A DNA stretch of 64,000 nucleotides from an uncultured Clostridia bacterium (GTDB lineage Bacteria > Bacillota > Clostridia > Christensenellales > UBA1242), in assembly GCA_937896905.1 (NCBI GenBank), contig CALBOE010000002.1, forward strand, positions 56,954 through 120,953, written 5' to 3'. The notes beneath the pieces were generated by a model. The model was not told the origin of the DNA, did not search any database, and was given only the letters and a program-made list of their open reading frames with translations. Below, in pieces: positions 20,777-31,007 of this stretch; within the stretch, counting starts at the first letter, position 1, and every line of letters starts with the position of its first letter. Both the position numbers and the translations under genes were made by a program.

Positions 20777-22315
20777 GTGCGTATGTTAGCAAAAATTTTA
20801 TCTTTTGGTTTAAATGGAATTTCGGGATACCCTGTTCAAATTGAGTTGGATATTAACTCTGGTTTGCCAGCTTATGATGTGGTTGGGCTTGCCGACACTG
20901 CCATTAAGGAAAGTAAATCTCGTGTTAAGGCTGCAATTAAAAACAGTGCCTTTAACTACCCAATTAACAAAATTATAGTCAATCTTGCTCCGGCAGACAC
21001 TAAAAAAGAAGGTAGTATGTACGACCTTCCTATTGCGCTTGCCATTTTAACCGCTCAGATGGACATTCCGCACCAAGCAATTAAAGATTATGTTGTGTTG
21101 GGCGAATTAAGTTTAGATGGCGAAATTAGAAAACTTAATGGTATTATGCCAATGTTAATTTCTGCCAAACAGTTGGGTTATAAAAAATTTATAATCCCAA
21201 AACACAATGCTGCTGAAGCAGGGTTTATTGATGGCATTGAAGTTTATGCAATGGAAAGTTTAAAACAAGCAGTTAAATTTTTAAAAGGCGAAGAAACAGT
21301 TGAAAAAGTTAATTGTAAAACCTATGAATCCGCTTTCAAAAAGCATAATTACAAGCACGATTTTGCCTATGTTCGTGGGCAAGCAAGTGCAAAAAGGGCA
21401 ATGGAAATTGCAGCGGCAGGCGGGCATAACATTTTACTTATTGGCCCACCTGGGGCGGGAAAAACAATGATGGCTAAGTGTTTTCCTTCAATATTACCAA
21501 ATTTAACGTTTGAAGAAAGCTTAGAAGTTACCAAAATTCATAGTGTGGCAGGAGTTTTGGATAGTTCAACAGGCATAGTTATTGAAAGACCATTTAGAAC
21601 CCCTCACCACACAGCAACATTAATCGCTTTAACGGGTGGCGGAAACAAAGCAAAACCGGGAGAAATTAGTTTGGCGCACAATGGTGTTTTGTTTTTAGAC
21701 GAAATGCCAGAATATGCAAGAACCACCATAGAAACCTTGCGTCAACCAATGGAAGATGGATACATAACTGTTTCAAGGAATGCTTTAACGGTGCAATATC
21801 CTGCAAATTTTGTTTTAGTGGCAAGTATGAACCCGTGCCCATGCGGTTATTACGGAAGCACCACAAAAGAGTGTAAGTGCAGCCCCAACGCAATTCATAA
21901 CTACCTTTCTAAAATAAGCGGGCCATTGCTAGATAGAATTGATTTGCACATTGAAGTTGATAGCATTAGTTATGACGACCTAACAGAAACGAGGTTGGAA
22001 GAGCCAAGTTCGGAAATTAAAAAGCGAGTTGATAAAGCAAGGCAACTGCAACTTGAAAGATTTAAAGATGGCAAAATTTATTCCAACAGCAAAATGGGAG
22101 AAAGGGAATTTAAACAGCATTGCACATTAAATAAAGATTGCACAGATTTGTTAGAATATGCGTTTAAAAAATTAAACCTTTCCGCAAGGGGATATAATCG
22201 CATTTTGAAAGTTGCCAGAACTATTGCGGATCTTGATGGTAAAGAAAACATAGAAAAACAACACATATTGGAAGCTATTCAATATCGTTCGTTAGATAAA
22301 AAGTATTCGGTGTGA
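20777..22315 (+). CDS. comM: Mg-chelatase-like AAA+ protein ComM/YifB
   Basis: GTG start (an ATG at 20783 is also possible). Lon-like N-terminus, GPPGAGKTMMA Walker A, VLFLDEMPE Walker B. Confidence 0.9.
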   Translation: MRMLAKILSFGLNGISGYPVQIELDINSGLPAYDVVGLADTAIKESKSRVKAAIKNSAFNYPINKIIVNLAPADTKKEGSMYDLPIALAILTAQMDIPHQAIKDYVVLGELSLDGEIRKLNGIMPMLISAKQLGYKKFIIPKHNAAEAGFIDGIEVYAMESLKQAVKFLKGEETVEKVNCKTYESAFKKHNYKHDFAYVRGQASAKRAMEIAAAGGHNILLIGPPGAGKTMMAKCFPSILPNLTFEESLEVTKIHSVAGVLDSSTGIVIERPFRTPHHTATLIALTGGGNKAKPGEISLAHNGVLFLDEMPEYARTTIETLRQPMEDGYITVSRNALTVQYPANFVLVASMNPCPCGYYGSTTKECKCSPNAIHNYLSKISGPLLDRIDLHIEVDSISYDDLTETRLEEPSSEIKKRVDKARQLQLERFKDGKIYSNSKMGEREFKQHCTLNKDCTDLLEYAFKKLNLSARGYNRILKVARTIADLDGKENIEKQHILEAIQYRSLDKKYSV

Positions 22316-22316
22316 T

Positions 22317-23399
22317 ATGACAGTTAAAGATAAAAACATTTTGTGGTTAGACACCTTTGCATTTTTAACCTATCAAAAAAAGATTAAACTTTTAAGCGTT
22401 TTTAATGTTGAGCAGGACATTAAAGCGTTTTTCGCATCGAATAGCAAAATTTATGAAATTTTAACGCAAGATGAAGTGTCTAAAATGCAAGCAGGATTAA
22501 ACAATGAGTTGCTAGAACGAACCATTCAAGATTATGAAAAGCAAGGCATTAAAACAATAACAATTTATAATGAAAACTACCCAACCATTTTAAAGGAAAT
22601 TCCATCACCGCCGCTTTGCCTATATTGCAAAGGCAACGTTCAACTGCTAAACACAGAGGCTATTGCAATTGTTGGAACAAGGAAGCCAACAGATTATGGC
22701 ATTGTTACAACAAAACAGTATGCAAAAGAGTTTTGCGGGAATGATATAACAATAATTTCTGGAATGGCAATAGGTGTGGATACAATTGCCCATAAAACTG
22801 CATTGGAAGAAAATGGAAATACTATTGCAGTGTTGGCTGGTGGGTTTAATCACATTTATCCTTTAAGCAATATGCAGTTATTCAACAAATTAACAGAAAA
22901 CAATCTTGTTATAAGTGAAAACTGCCCAAGTATACTGCCGGCGCTGTATCATTTCCCAATAAGAAACCGCATCATTGCAGGTCTTTCTAGGGGTGTTTTA
23001 ATAACTGAAGCAGGTGCAAAAAGCGGTTCGCTTCACACTGCGAACTATGCCAACGATTTTAACAGAGAGGTTTTTTCCGTGCCCGGAAAAATTTCTTCTC
23101 CACAATCGGCTGGAACAAATGCAATTATTAAACAAAATATGGCAAATATCACTTTAAGCCCAGAAGATGTTTTAACTAATTTAGGGCTAAAAAATAGCAA
23201 ACCAGAAAAAAAGTGTTTCGTTCAACTTGACATTAAACACCAACTTGTATTAAATTATATTCAAACTGAAAAACGAACATTTCAAGAAATTGCCGATGAA
23301 ACTAAACTTTCGGCACAAGAGTTAAATTCCATTTTGCTGATGCTTGAAATGGACGGTTTAGTTCTTAAACTTGCAAACAACAGTTACATTTCAGCGTAA
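22317..23399 (+). CDS. dprA: DNA processing protein DprA (Smf)
   Basis: IVGTRKPTDYG and GMAIGVDTIAH Rossmann-like core. C-terminal winged-helix region. Confidence 0.9.
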   Translation: MTVKDKNILWLDTFAFLTYQKKIKLLSVFNVEQDIKAFFASNSKIYEILTQDEVSKMQAGLNNELLERTIQDYEKQGIKTITIYNENYPTILKEIPSPPLCLYCKGNVQLLNTEAIAIVGTRKPTDYGIVTTKQYAKEFCGNDITIISGMAIGVDTIAHKTALEENGNTIAVLAGGFNHIYPLSNMQLFNKLTENNLVISENCPSILPALYHFPIRNRIIAGLSRGVLITEAGAKSGSLHTANYANDFNREVFSVPGKISSPQSAGTNAIIKQNMANITLSPEDVLTNLGLKNSKPEKKCFVQLDIKHQLVLNYIQTEKRTFQEIADETKLSAQELNSILLMLEMDGLVLKLANNSYISA

Positions 23400-23407
23400 G
23401 GAGAATT

Positions 23408-25474
23408 ATGAAGTTAGTATTTATCGAAGGTCCGGGTAAACAATCTACCATAGAAAAATATTTAGGCAAAGATTATATTGTTTTCCCAACAAAAGGGCAC
23501 ATTCGAGATTTGGCGGCAAAAAGTTTTGCCATTGATATAGAAAACAATTACGAACCTGAATACGAAATTATAGCAGAAAAAAAAGGTTTAGTAGCCAACC
23601 TTAAAAAACAGGCTGAAAAAGCGGAAGCCATATACCTTGCAACCGACCCGGATAGGGAAGGAGAAGCAATGGCTTGGCACATTGCAACAATAATTGGGTT
23701 GCCAGAGGGTGCGGCGGTTAGAACAGCCTTTAATGAAATTAGCAAAAAAGCGGTTAACGAAAGCATTGCAAATCCAAGACCACTCAACTACGATTTAGTT
23801 AATGCTCAACAAGGAAGACGAGTTTTAGATAGAATTATGGGATACAAATTAAGTCCTCTTCTTTCAAAAAAAATTCATGGCAAACTGTCGGCTGGGCGTG
23901 TTCAAAGTGTTACTTTAAAACTTATTGTTGATAGAGAAAAGGCAATATCAAACTTTGTTCCAGAAGAATATTGGAACGTTTTTGCTCACCTAAATAAAGG
24001 CGGAGCAGCATTTAAGGCAGAATTGGTGCAATTTGAAGATAAGAAAATAGAGCCAACCAGCAAGGAGCAAGTTGATGAGATTCTTGCTAACATAGAAACG
24101 GCAGAATTTAAAGTGGAAACGGTTAAAAGGCAGGTTTCTTTTTCAAAACCGCTAGCACCATATATAACTAGTACCCTACAACAAGATGCCATCAAAAAAC
24201 TTAAAATGACCTTGAATTCCTACACTAAATGCGCACAATCGCTATATGAAGGTGTTATGATTGCAGGCGAGGGCAAAACTGCGCTTGTAACTTACATTAG
24301 AACAGATAGCACACGTGTTAGCACAGATGCGCAATTTATGGCAAGGGAATATATCCTTTCTAATTATGGTAAGGATTATCACCCAGGCAAATTTAATGAG
24401 TTTACAAGCAAAAACACCGCTCAAGACGCTCACGAAGCTATTCGCCCTATTAATTTAAAATACACTCCAGAATATTTAAAGGGCAAGGTTGAAGACCAAT
24501 ATTTAAAGCTTTACACACTTATTTTTAAACGCTTTGTGGCAAGCCAAATGGCTTATGCTAAATACGACACTTTGGCAGTGGATATAACCGCAAATAAGTA
24601 TAGGTTCCGCTCAACGGGCAGAGCACTTATTTTTGATGGTTACACTAAGGTGTATAAAGTGCAAGACGATGAAAAGAATGGAATTAACATTCCAGATTTA
24701 AACGAAGGAGAAGTTGTTGCAAAAGACAAAATAGAAACACAACAAAAATTCACAAAACCACCACAACGTTTTGCGCAGGATACAATTGTTAAGGAAATGG
24801 AAGTTCAAGGCATTGGTAGACCATCAACTTACGCTGCAACTGTTATGACGTTGTTTAATAGAGAATATATTAAAACGGAAAAAAATTATCTGGTGCCAAC
24901 CGAACTAGGAGTTCAAGTTACTGAATATTTAGAAGAATATTTCAAACACGAAATGGACGTTAAGTTTACGGCAGAAATGGAACAACAATTAGACGATGTT
25001 GAATTAGGAAAGGTTAAATGGCAAGATATTGTTGATAGTTTCTATAAACCTTTTGAACAACGCCTAGCTTATGCCAGTGAACAAATGGGGGTTAGCATGC
25101 CAAAAGCCCCACCAAAACCAAGTGACATCAAATGCGATAAGTGTGGCTCTATGATGGTTTATAGAGAGGGTAAATTTGGTACATTCCTAGCTTGCTCTAA
25201 TTTCCCACAATGCAAAAACACAAAAAATATTAATCAACCTCAAGATTTAGGAGTTTGCCCAACTTGTGGCGGAGTTGTTAGTGCAAAGCACTCTAAACGC
25301 GGAAAACTTTTCTTTGGTTGCGATAACTACCCAAAATGTAATTACGTTTCTTGGGATTTACCGCTAGAAGAAAAATGCCCAAAATGCAATGAAAGGTTGT
25401 TTAAAAAATATAATGCCAAATCAACAACTATTCTATGCAATAATAAGGGGTGCACCTATGTTAAAGAAAATTAA
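23408..25474 (+). CDS. topA: DNA topoisomerase I
   Basis: Toprim ATDPDREGEA. Active-site Tyr context VTYIRTDSTR. Three C-terminal Cys4 zinc ribbons. Confidence 0.95.
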   Translation: MKLVFIEGPGKQSTIEKYLGKDYIVFPTKGHIRDLAAKSFAIDIENNYEPEYEIIAEKKGLVANLKKQAEKAEAIYLATDPDREGEAMAWHIATIIGLPEGAAVRTAFNEISKKAVNESIANPRPLNYDLVNAQQGRRVLDRIMGYKLSPLLSKKIHGKLSAGRVQSVTLKLIVDREKAISNFVPEEYWNVFAHLNKGGAAFKAELVQFEDKKIEPTSKEQVDEILANIETAEFKVETVKRQVSFSKPLAPYITSTLQQDAIKKLKMTLNSYTKCAQSLYEGVMIAGEGKTALVTYIRTDSTRVSTDAQFMAREYILSNYGKDYHPGKFNEFTSKNTAQDAHEAIRPINLKYTPEYLKGKVEDQYLKLYTLIFKRFVASQMAYAKYDTLAVDITANKYRFRSTGRALIFDGYTKVYKVQDDEKNGINIPDLNEGEVVAKDKIETQQKFTKPPQRFAQDTIVKEMEVQGIGRPSTYAATVMTLFNREYIKTEKNYLVPTELGVQVTEYLEEYFKHEMDVKFTAEMEQQLDDVELGKVKWQDIVDSFYKPFEQRLAYASEQMGVSMPKAPPKPSDIKCDKCGSMMVYREGKFGTFLACSNFPQCKNTKNINQPQDLGVCPTCGGVVSAKHSKRGKLFFGCDNYPKCNYVSWDLPLEEKCPKCNERLFKKYNAKSTTILCNNKGCTYVKEN

Positions 25475-26768
25475 TATTATTGGTGGCGGCTTGGCGGGAA
25501 GCGAAGCTGCATTATATCTTGCCAATTTAGGGCACAAAGTTAATTTGTACGATATTAAAGGTCAATTTTTAACTCCAGCACATCACAGCAATAACTTTGC
25601 TGAAATTGTGTGTAGCAACTCATTAAAAAGCGATGACGAAAACACAGCGTCTGGCTTGTTTAAAAGGGAACTAACTCAACTTGGCAGCAGCTTGCTAAAG
25701 GTGGCATATTCTTGCCGGGTTCCTGCCGGGCAAGCGTTGGCGGTTGACCGAGAACTTTTTGCAAGCCGAGTTACCGAACTTATTAAATCAAACAAAAACA
25801 TAACCATATATTCGCAAGAAGTCGATTCGTTTGAGCAAAACGCAATAACAATCCTTGCAACTGGGCCATTAACAACCAACAAAATGTGCAATGCCCTAAA
25901 AGAAAAAATTGGGCAGGGTTTTTTGTATTTCTATGACGCAGCTGCGCCAATTATTGCTGCAAGTTCAATAGATATGAACAAAGCATTTTTTGCTTCTCGT
26001 TACGATAAGGGAGACGCAGATTATTTAAACTGTGCAATGGATAAGGAAGAATATCTAAAATTTTATAATGAACTTATTAATGCAGAAACAGTGCAACTAC
26101 ATTCGTTTGAGAAAAACAACATTTTTGAAAGTTGCATGCCAATAGAAATTATGGCAAAGCGAGGAGAAGATTCAATTCGATTTGGCCCACTAAAGCCAGT
26201 TGGAATTAGAAATCCACACAAAGAGGGCAAACCATATGCTGTTGTTCAGCTTAGAAAAGAAAATGAATACGCCACAATGTACAATATGGTTGGGTTTCAA
26301 ACAAACTTAACCTTCCCAGAACAAAAGCGCATATTTTCGCTTATTCCAGGGCTTGAAAATGCAGAATTTTTAAGGTATGGTGTTATGCACACCAACAATT
26401 TTGTTAATTATCCAAAATGCTTAGATGAATATTCTAGGCTTAAAGTTAACAATAATATTTTCATAGCGGGCCAACTAAGCGGCGTTGAAGGCTATGTTGA
26501 AAGCATTGCAAGTGGGCTTTATTGCGCAATAAACGTGGATAGAATTTTAAACGGCAAACAGCCAATTACATTTTCTGCAAACACAATTATTGGCGGGCTT
26601 TATAACTATCTTGTTAATGCAGACGTTAATCATTTTCAACCAATAAATGCAAATTTTGGCATTTTAAACCCAACTAATGAACGGGACAAACAAAAACGTT
26701 ACGAACAATATAAAATTCGTGCCTTGGCAGAAATGGAACAAAAATCTAAGGAAATTAAGGAGAGATAA
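25458..26768 (+). CDS. trmFO: Folate-dependent tRNA U54 methyltransferase TrmFO (Gid)
   Basis: Start trimmed to MLKKINIIGGGLAGSEAA (FAD-binding motif). Overlaps the topA end. Confidence 0.9.
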   Translation: MLKKINIIGGGLAGSEAALYLANLGHKVNLYDIKGQFLTPAHHSNNFAEIVCSNSLKSDDENTASGLFKRELTQLGSSLLKVAYSCRVPAGQALAVDRELFASRVTELIKSNKNITIYSQEVDSFEQNAITILATGPLTTNKMCNALKEKIGQGFLYFYDAAAPIIAASSIDMNKAFFASRYDKGDADYLNCAMDKEEYLKFYNELINAETVQLHSFEKNNIFESCMPIEIMAKRGEDSIRFGPLKPVGIRNPHKEGKPYAVVQLRKENEYATMYNMVGFQTNLTFPEQKRIFSLIPGLENAEFLRYGVMHTNNFVNYPKCLDEYSRLKVNNNIFIAGQLSGVEGYVESIASGLYCAINVDRILNGKQPITFSANTIIGGLYNYLVNADVNHFQPINANFGILNPTNERDKQKRYEQYKIRALAEMEQKSKEIKER

Positions 26769-27301
26769 TGGAACAATTTAGAGGAACAACCATCGTTGCA
26801 GTTAAAAAAGATGGAAAAACGGTTATAGCAGGCGATGGCCAAGTAACAATGGGGCAACAGGTTATATTTAAGGGCAAAGCGCACAAGGTGCGTAGATTGT
26901 TTGACGGCAAAGTTGTTGTTGGGTTTGCCGGTGGCACAGCAGATGCTTTTGCAATGTGCGAAGAATTTGAAAAAATGCTTAACAAATACAGCGGAAGTTT
27001 AATGCGTAGTGGTGTTGAGTTTGCAAAAAGTATTCGTTCGGCAGGGCGCAACAATGGTGAAGCACTTATGATTGTTGCAGATAAATCCACATTGCTAATT
27101 TTAACAAGCGCAGGCGATGTTATTGAGCCAGACGATGGGGTTTGTGCAATTGGCAGTGGTGGAAACTATGCACTTTCGGCTGCCAAAGCTTTAATTAAAA
27201 ACACAAACTTAGATGCAAGAGAAATTGCGCTTAAAGCAATGGAAATTGCAACAGAAATTTGCGTTTTCACAAACGGAAATTATGTTGTGGAGGAGGTGTA
27301 G
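26768..27301 (+). CDS. hslV: ATP-dependent protease subunit HslV
   Basis: MEQFRGTTIVAVKKDG (N-terminal Thr nucleophile) and GSGGNYALSAA. Confidence 0.95.
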   Translation: MEQFRGTTIVAVKKDGKTVIAGDGQVTMGQQVIFKGKAHKVRRLFDGKVVVGFAGGTADAFAMCEEFEKMLNKYSGSLMRSGVEFAKSIRSAGRNNGEALMIVADKSTLLILTSAGDVIEPDDGVCAIGSGGNYALSAAKALIKNTNLDAREIALKAMEIATEICVFTNGNYVVEEV

Positions 27302-27305
27302 TTAT

Positions 27306-28613
27306 ATGATGACTTGTAAAGAGATTGTTAACAATTTAGACGGCTACATTATTGGTCAAGCCAAAGCAAAAAGAGCGGTTGCAATTGCACTTCGTAATCG
27401 TTATAGAAGAAGCAAACTAACCAAAGAAGTTAGTGACGAAATAACACCAAAGAACATCATTTTGAAGGGGCCAACAGGTGTTGGTAAAACTGAAATTGCA
27501 AGGCGTCTTGCAAAACTTGTTAACGCACCTTTCGTTAAGGTGGAAGCAACCAAATACACAGAAGTGGGCTATGTGGGAAGAGATGTTGAAAGCATGGTTA
27601 GAGATTTGGTGGAGGCATCTGTTCGTATTGTTCGCCAAGAGCAAATGGATAAAATTAAAGATAGGGCAAGTGTGGTGGTAGATAAAAAAATAACCGACAT
27701 TTTGTATCCTTTAAAGAAAGAGCACAAGCCAGAAGGTGTTGACACAGAAACATTCCGTCATCAGTTTTATGCAGATTATAGGGCTGGCAAGTTTAATAAA
27801 GACAGCATAGACATTGACGTTAAAGAACAGCCAAAACAAATTAATATGTTAGACGGAATTGGGGCGGAAATTAACATTGGTCAAATTATGGGTGGAATGA
27901 TTAAGGCTCCACGCAAATTAAAGAAAATGACAGTTGAACGAGCAAAGGAACTTTTGCTTGAAGAGGAGTGCGAAAAATTAATCGACCCAGATGCACTTAA
28001 CAAAGAAGCAATTTTCAGGGCAGAACAAGAGGGGATTATTTTCATTGACGAAATTGATAAAATAGCAGCAAAGAAAAATCATGGGCAAGATGTTTCACGT
28101 GAAGGTGTGCAAAGGGACATTCTTCCAATTGTTGAAGGCAGCGTTGTCAACACTAAATATGGTGTAGTTCACACAGATTATATCCTATTTATAGCAGCGG
28201 GTGCATTCCATATTGCAAGTGTTAGCGACCTTATTCCAGAACTTCAAGGGCGTTTTCCAATTCAAGTGGAGTTAGACAGTTTGAATAAAGACGACTTTAA
28301 AAAGATTTTAACAATTCCGCACAACGCAATAACAAATCAATATCAACAACTTTTGAAAGTGGATAATGTTAATTTAATATTTATCGACGAAGCCATAAAC
28401 ACAATTGCAGAACTGGCAGAAACCGAAAACGAAACAAGAGAAAACATTGGGGCAAGAAGATTGCAAACCATAATGGAAACATTGCTTGAAGATATTTCCT
28501 TTAACGCAAGCGACAACAATCCTATGGTTGATGTTGTTATAGATAAACCTTTTGTGCTTAACGCAATGAAAACTGTTATCCACACGCACGACTTTAAAAA
28601 GTATGTTTTGTAA
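27306..28613 (+). CDS. hslU: ATP-dependent protease ATPase subunit HslU
   Basis: Start trimmed to MMTCKEIV with GGAGGAGG RBS. GPTGVGKTEIARRLA and IIFIDEIDKI. Confidence 0.95.
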   Translation: MMTCKEIVNNLDGYIIGQAKAKRAVAIALRNRYRRSKLTKEVSDEITPKNIILKGPTGVGKTEIARRLAKLVNAPFVKVEATKYTEVGYVGRDVESMVRDLVEASVRIVRQEQMDKIKDRASVVVDKKITDILYPLKKEHKPEGVDTETFRHQFYADYRAGKFNKDSIDIDVKEQPKQINMLDGIGAEINIGQIMGGMIKAPRKLKKMTVERAKELLLEEECEKLIDPDALNKEAIFRAEQEGIIFIDEIDKIAAKKNHGQDVSREGVQRDILPIVEGSVVNTKYGVVHTDYILFIAAGAFHIASVSDLIPELQGRFPIQVELDSLNKDDFKKILTIPHNAITNQYQQLLKVDNVNLIFIDEAINTIAELAETENETRENIGARRLQTIMETLLEDISFNASDNNPMVDVVIDKPFVLNAMKTVIHTHDFKKYVL

Positions 28614-28659
28614 TTTAATTAGCTAAACCTTGCAGTTGGGATAATGGTAAAGGGAGTGT

Positions 28660-29352
28660 ATGGCGCAAAATTTGGAATATTTAAATAGATTTTCTTTAAT
28701 GCTTAATGAAGAACAGTTAAGCAAAATTTTGCGTGCTAAAATTATTGTTTTTGGTGTTGGCGGTGTTGGTTCGGCGTTGTGTCACTTTTTGGTTAGAAGT
28801 GGAGTTCAAAATTTAGATGTTGTTGATTTCGACACAATTGACGTAACCAACGTTAATCGTCAACTTGTTGCAAATCTAAACAATGTTGGCAGGCTTAAAG
28901 TGGAAGAATTAAAAGCACAGTTACAAGAAATTAATCCGTATTTAAACATTAACATTTTTCCAATTAAATATAGCCAACAAACTGCAGAACAAATAGATTT
29001 GAATAACTATGATATAATTGTAGATTGTATTGACGACATTAAAGCCAAGCAGCACTTAATTTTGCAGGCAAAGGAATTAAACAAATACATTCTTTGTGCC
29101 ATGGGTGCAGGCAATAGATTTGAACAAATTCCGCAATTTGAAATTGCAGATATTAAAAAAACAAGTTACGATGCAATTGCAAAAATTTTAAGAAAGTTTT
29201 GTGCGGTGCAGGGCATAAACAAATTAGAAGTGTGCTACACCAAGCAAAAAGCCATAAAATTTGATTGCAAAACCATTGGAAGTGTGGTATACTATCCGGT
29301 AAGTATGGCAACAATTATGTGTGCTAGAATAATTCAAAAAATCATTAATTAG
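28660..29352 (+). CDS. tcdA: ThiF/E1-like protein, tRNA t6A dehydratase TcdA family
   Basis: VFGVGGVGS nucleotide-binding loop and DFDTIDVTNVNRQ. Size fits TcdA/CsdL. Confidence 0.75.
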   Translation: MAQNLEYLNRFSLMLNEEQLSKILRAKIIVFGVGGVGSALCHFLVRSGVQNLDVVDFDTIDVTNVNRQLVANLNNVGRLKVEELKAQLQEINPYLNINIFPIKYSQQTAEQIDLNNYDIIVDCIDDIKAKQHLILQAKELNKYILCAMGAGNRFEQIPQFEIADIKKTSYDAIAKILRKFCAVQGINKLEVCYTKQKAIKFDCKTIGSVVYYPVSMATIMCARIIQKIIN

Positions 29353-29363
29353 GGGAGAGTTAA

Positions 29364-29693
29364 ATGAGAGTTATTAATAGTAACAATTTTGACGAAATAA
29401 TCAATAGTGAGCAAATGACTGTTGTAGATTTTTCTGCAACTTGGTGTATGCCTTGCAGAATGTTAAAACCAATTTTGGAACGTGTGGAAGAAAAATTGCC
29501 AGAAATTCCATTCTATAATTTGGATATAGATGACAGCGAAGATATTGCTAAAAGGTATCGTATTTTTAGTGTTCCAACGGTAGTTTGTTTCCGTGCGGGT
29601 AAAAAGATAGACAGCATTGTTGGGCTAAATTCATTCGACGATATGCTTAACTTTGTTTCTCGTTGCACGTATATGAACCCAAATGAAGATTAA
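29364..29693 (+). CDS. trxA: Thioredoxin
   Basis: 109 aa. Active site WCMPC. FSVPTVV cis-Pro region. Confidence 0.85.
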   Translation: MRVINSNNFDEIINSEQMTVVDFSATWCMPCRMLKPILERVEEKLPEIPFYNLDIDDSEDIAKRYRIFSVPTVVCFRAGKKIDSIVGLNSFDDMLNFVSRCTYMNPNED

Positions 29694-29700
29694 CACATGG

Positions 29701-29725
29701 AAATCGCCTTCTGTGGCGATTTTTT
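29701..29725 (+). terminator. Intrinsic terminator after trxA
   Basis: AAATCGCC-ttctgt-GGCGATTT followed by a T-run. Confidence 0.8.
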
Positions 29726-29764
29726 CATGCTAAAAATCGTTAGATGTTTATATAAATATAACTA

Positions 29765-29793
29765 TTGACAAATTTATTAATATGTGCTAAATT
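29765..29793 (+). promoter_or_regulatory. SigA-type promoter of nifS
   Basis: TTGACA, 17 bp containing TGc, TAAATT. Confidence 0.65.
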
Positions 29794-29810
29794 CAAAGTG
29801 GAGAAATTTT

Positions 29811-31007
29811 ATGGAAAGAATATATTTAGACAATGCTTCTACCACAAGTTTGAGTGCCGAAGTTTTAAATGCCATGATGCCTGTTTTAACCGACAATTTT
29901 GGAAACTCTTCTTCAATTCATTCTTTTGGCAGAGATGCAGCAAATTTAATAGACCACAGCAGAGATATTATTGCAGATTCCATTAATGCAAAATCAAATG
30001 AAATTTATTTTACTGCAAGTGGAAGTGAGGCTAATTCCTGGGCAATAATTGGGCTGGCAAATGCCAATCGCCTTCATGGAAATCACATTATAACAAGCAA
30101 AATAGAACATCCATCGGTTTTGGAAGCGTGCAAGTATTTGGAAAACAATGGCTTTAAAGTTACATATTTAGATGTGGACCACAATGGCTTTGTAAATTTT
30201 GCACAGTATTTAAGTGCGCTATCTTCTAACACTGTTTTGGTTTCTATTATGTGTGCCAACAATGAAATTGGAACAATTCAAAACATTAAGGCACTTGCTC
30301 AAACTGCTCACGAAAAAGGCATAATTTTTCACACAGACGCAGTGCAACTTTATGGCAATATGGTGATTGACGTGCAGGATTTAGGAATAGACGCAATGAC
30401 AATTTCTGCACACAAAATTTATGGGCCTAAAGGCGTGGGTTGTTTGTATGTTTCTAACAAGTTAAAATTAGATCCTATTGTTTTTGGTGGCAACCAAGAA
30501 CGTGGGAAAAGGGGCGGAACAAGTAATACAGCTGGAATTGTTGGCTTTGCTAAGGCGGCAGAAATTGCAACAACTCACATGAGAGCCAACAACAATAAAA
30601 TTAGAGCATTAAGTGAATATTTCCTTACTAAACTAACCCATTTGGTAGAAAACATAACAATTAATGCGAAAGTTAAACAAAAACTTCCACACATAATTTC
30701 GGTTTCGTTCACAGGTATTGACGGCACAAGTTTATTAACAAAACTAGATTTGAATGGGGTTGCAGTGTCGGCTGGAAGTGCATGCACAAGCAACAGTTTG
30801 TCAATTTCGCACGTAATTTCTGCCATTGGTGCTAATAATGATGTGGCAAGAAGCACAGTTCGTTTTAGTTTGGGCAAAAATAATACATACGAAGAAATAG
30901 ATGCGGCAGTTGCCATAATTAAGCGATCAGTTGACGAACTTCGTGCATATTCTTCAACTTATGGCTTAAAAATTCGTAAGAGAAAGGGGGACGGCAAAGA
31001 TGTATAG
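29811..31007 (+). CDS. nifS: Cysteine desulfurase NifS/IscS family
   Basis: Start trimmed to MERIYLDNASTT. PLP lysine in SAHKIYGPKG. Active-site Cys in SAGSACTS. Confidence 0.9.
   Translation: MERIYLDNASTTSLSAEVLNAMMPVLTDNFGNSSSIHSFGRDAANLIDHSRDIIADSINAKSNEIYFTASGSEANSWAIIGLANANRLHGNHIITSKIEHPSVLEACKYLENNGFKVTYLDVDHNGFVNFAQYLSALSSNTVLVSIMCANNEIGTIQNIKALAQTAHEKGIIFHTDAVQLYGNMVIDVQDLGIDAMTISAHKIYGPKGVGCLYVSNKLKLDPIVFGGNQERGKRGGTSNTAGIVGFAKAAEIATTHMRANNNKIRALSEYFLTKLTHLVENITINAKVKQKLPHIISVSFTGIDGTSLLTKLDLNGVAVSAGSACTSNSLSISHVISAIGANNDVARSTVRFSLGKNNTYEEIDAAVAIIKRSVDELRAYSSTYGLKIRKRKGDGKDV

Noticed and set aside
29765-29986. 73-aa ORF overlapping the nifS 5' end
   Set aside because: It is an alternative frame of a gene with clear PLP-enzyme motifs, and it starts inside the promoter.
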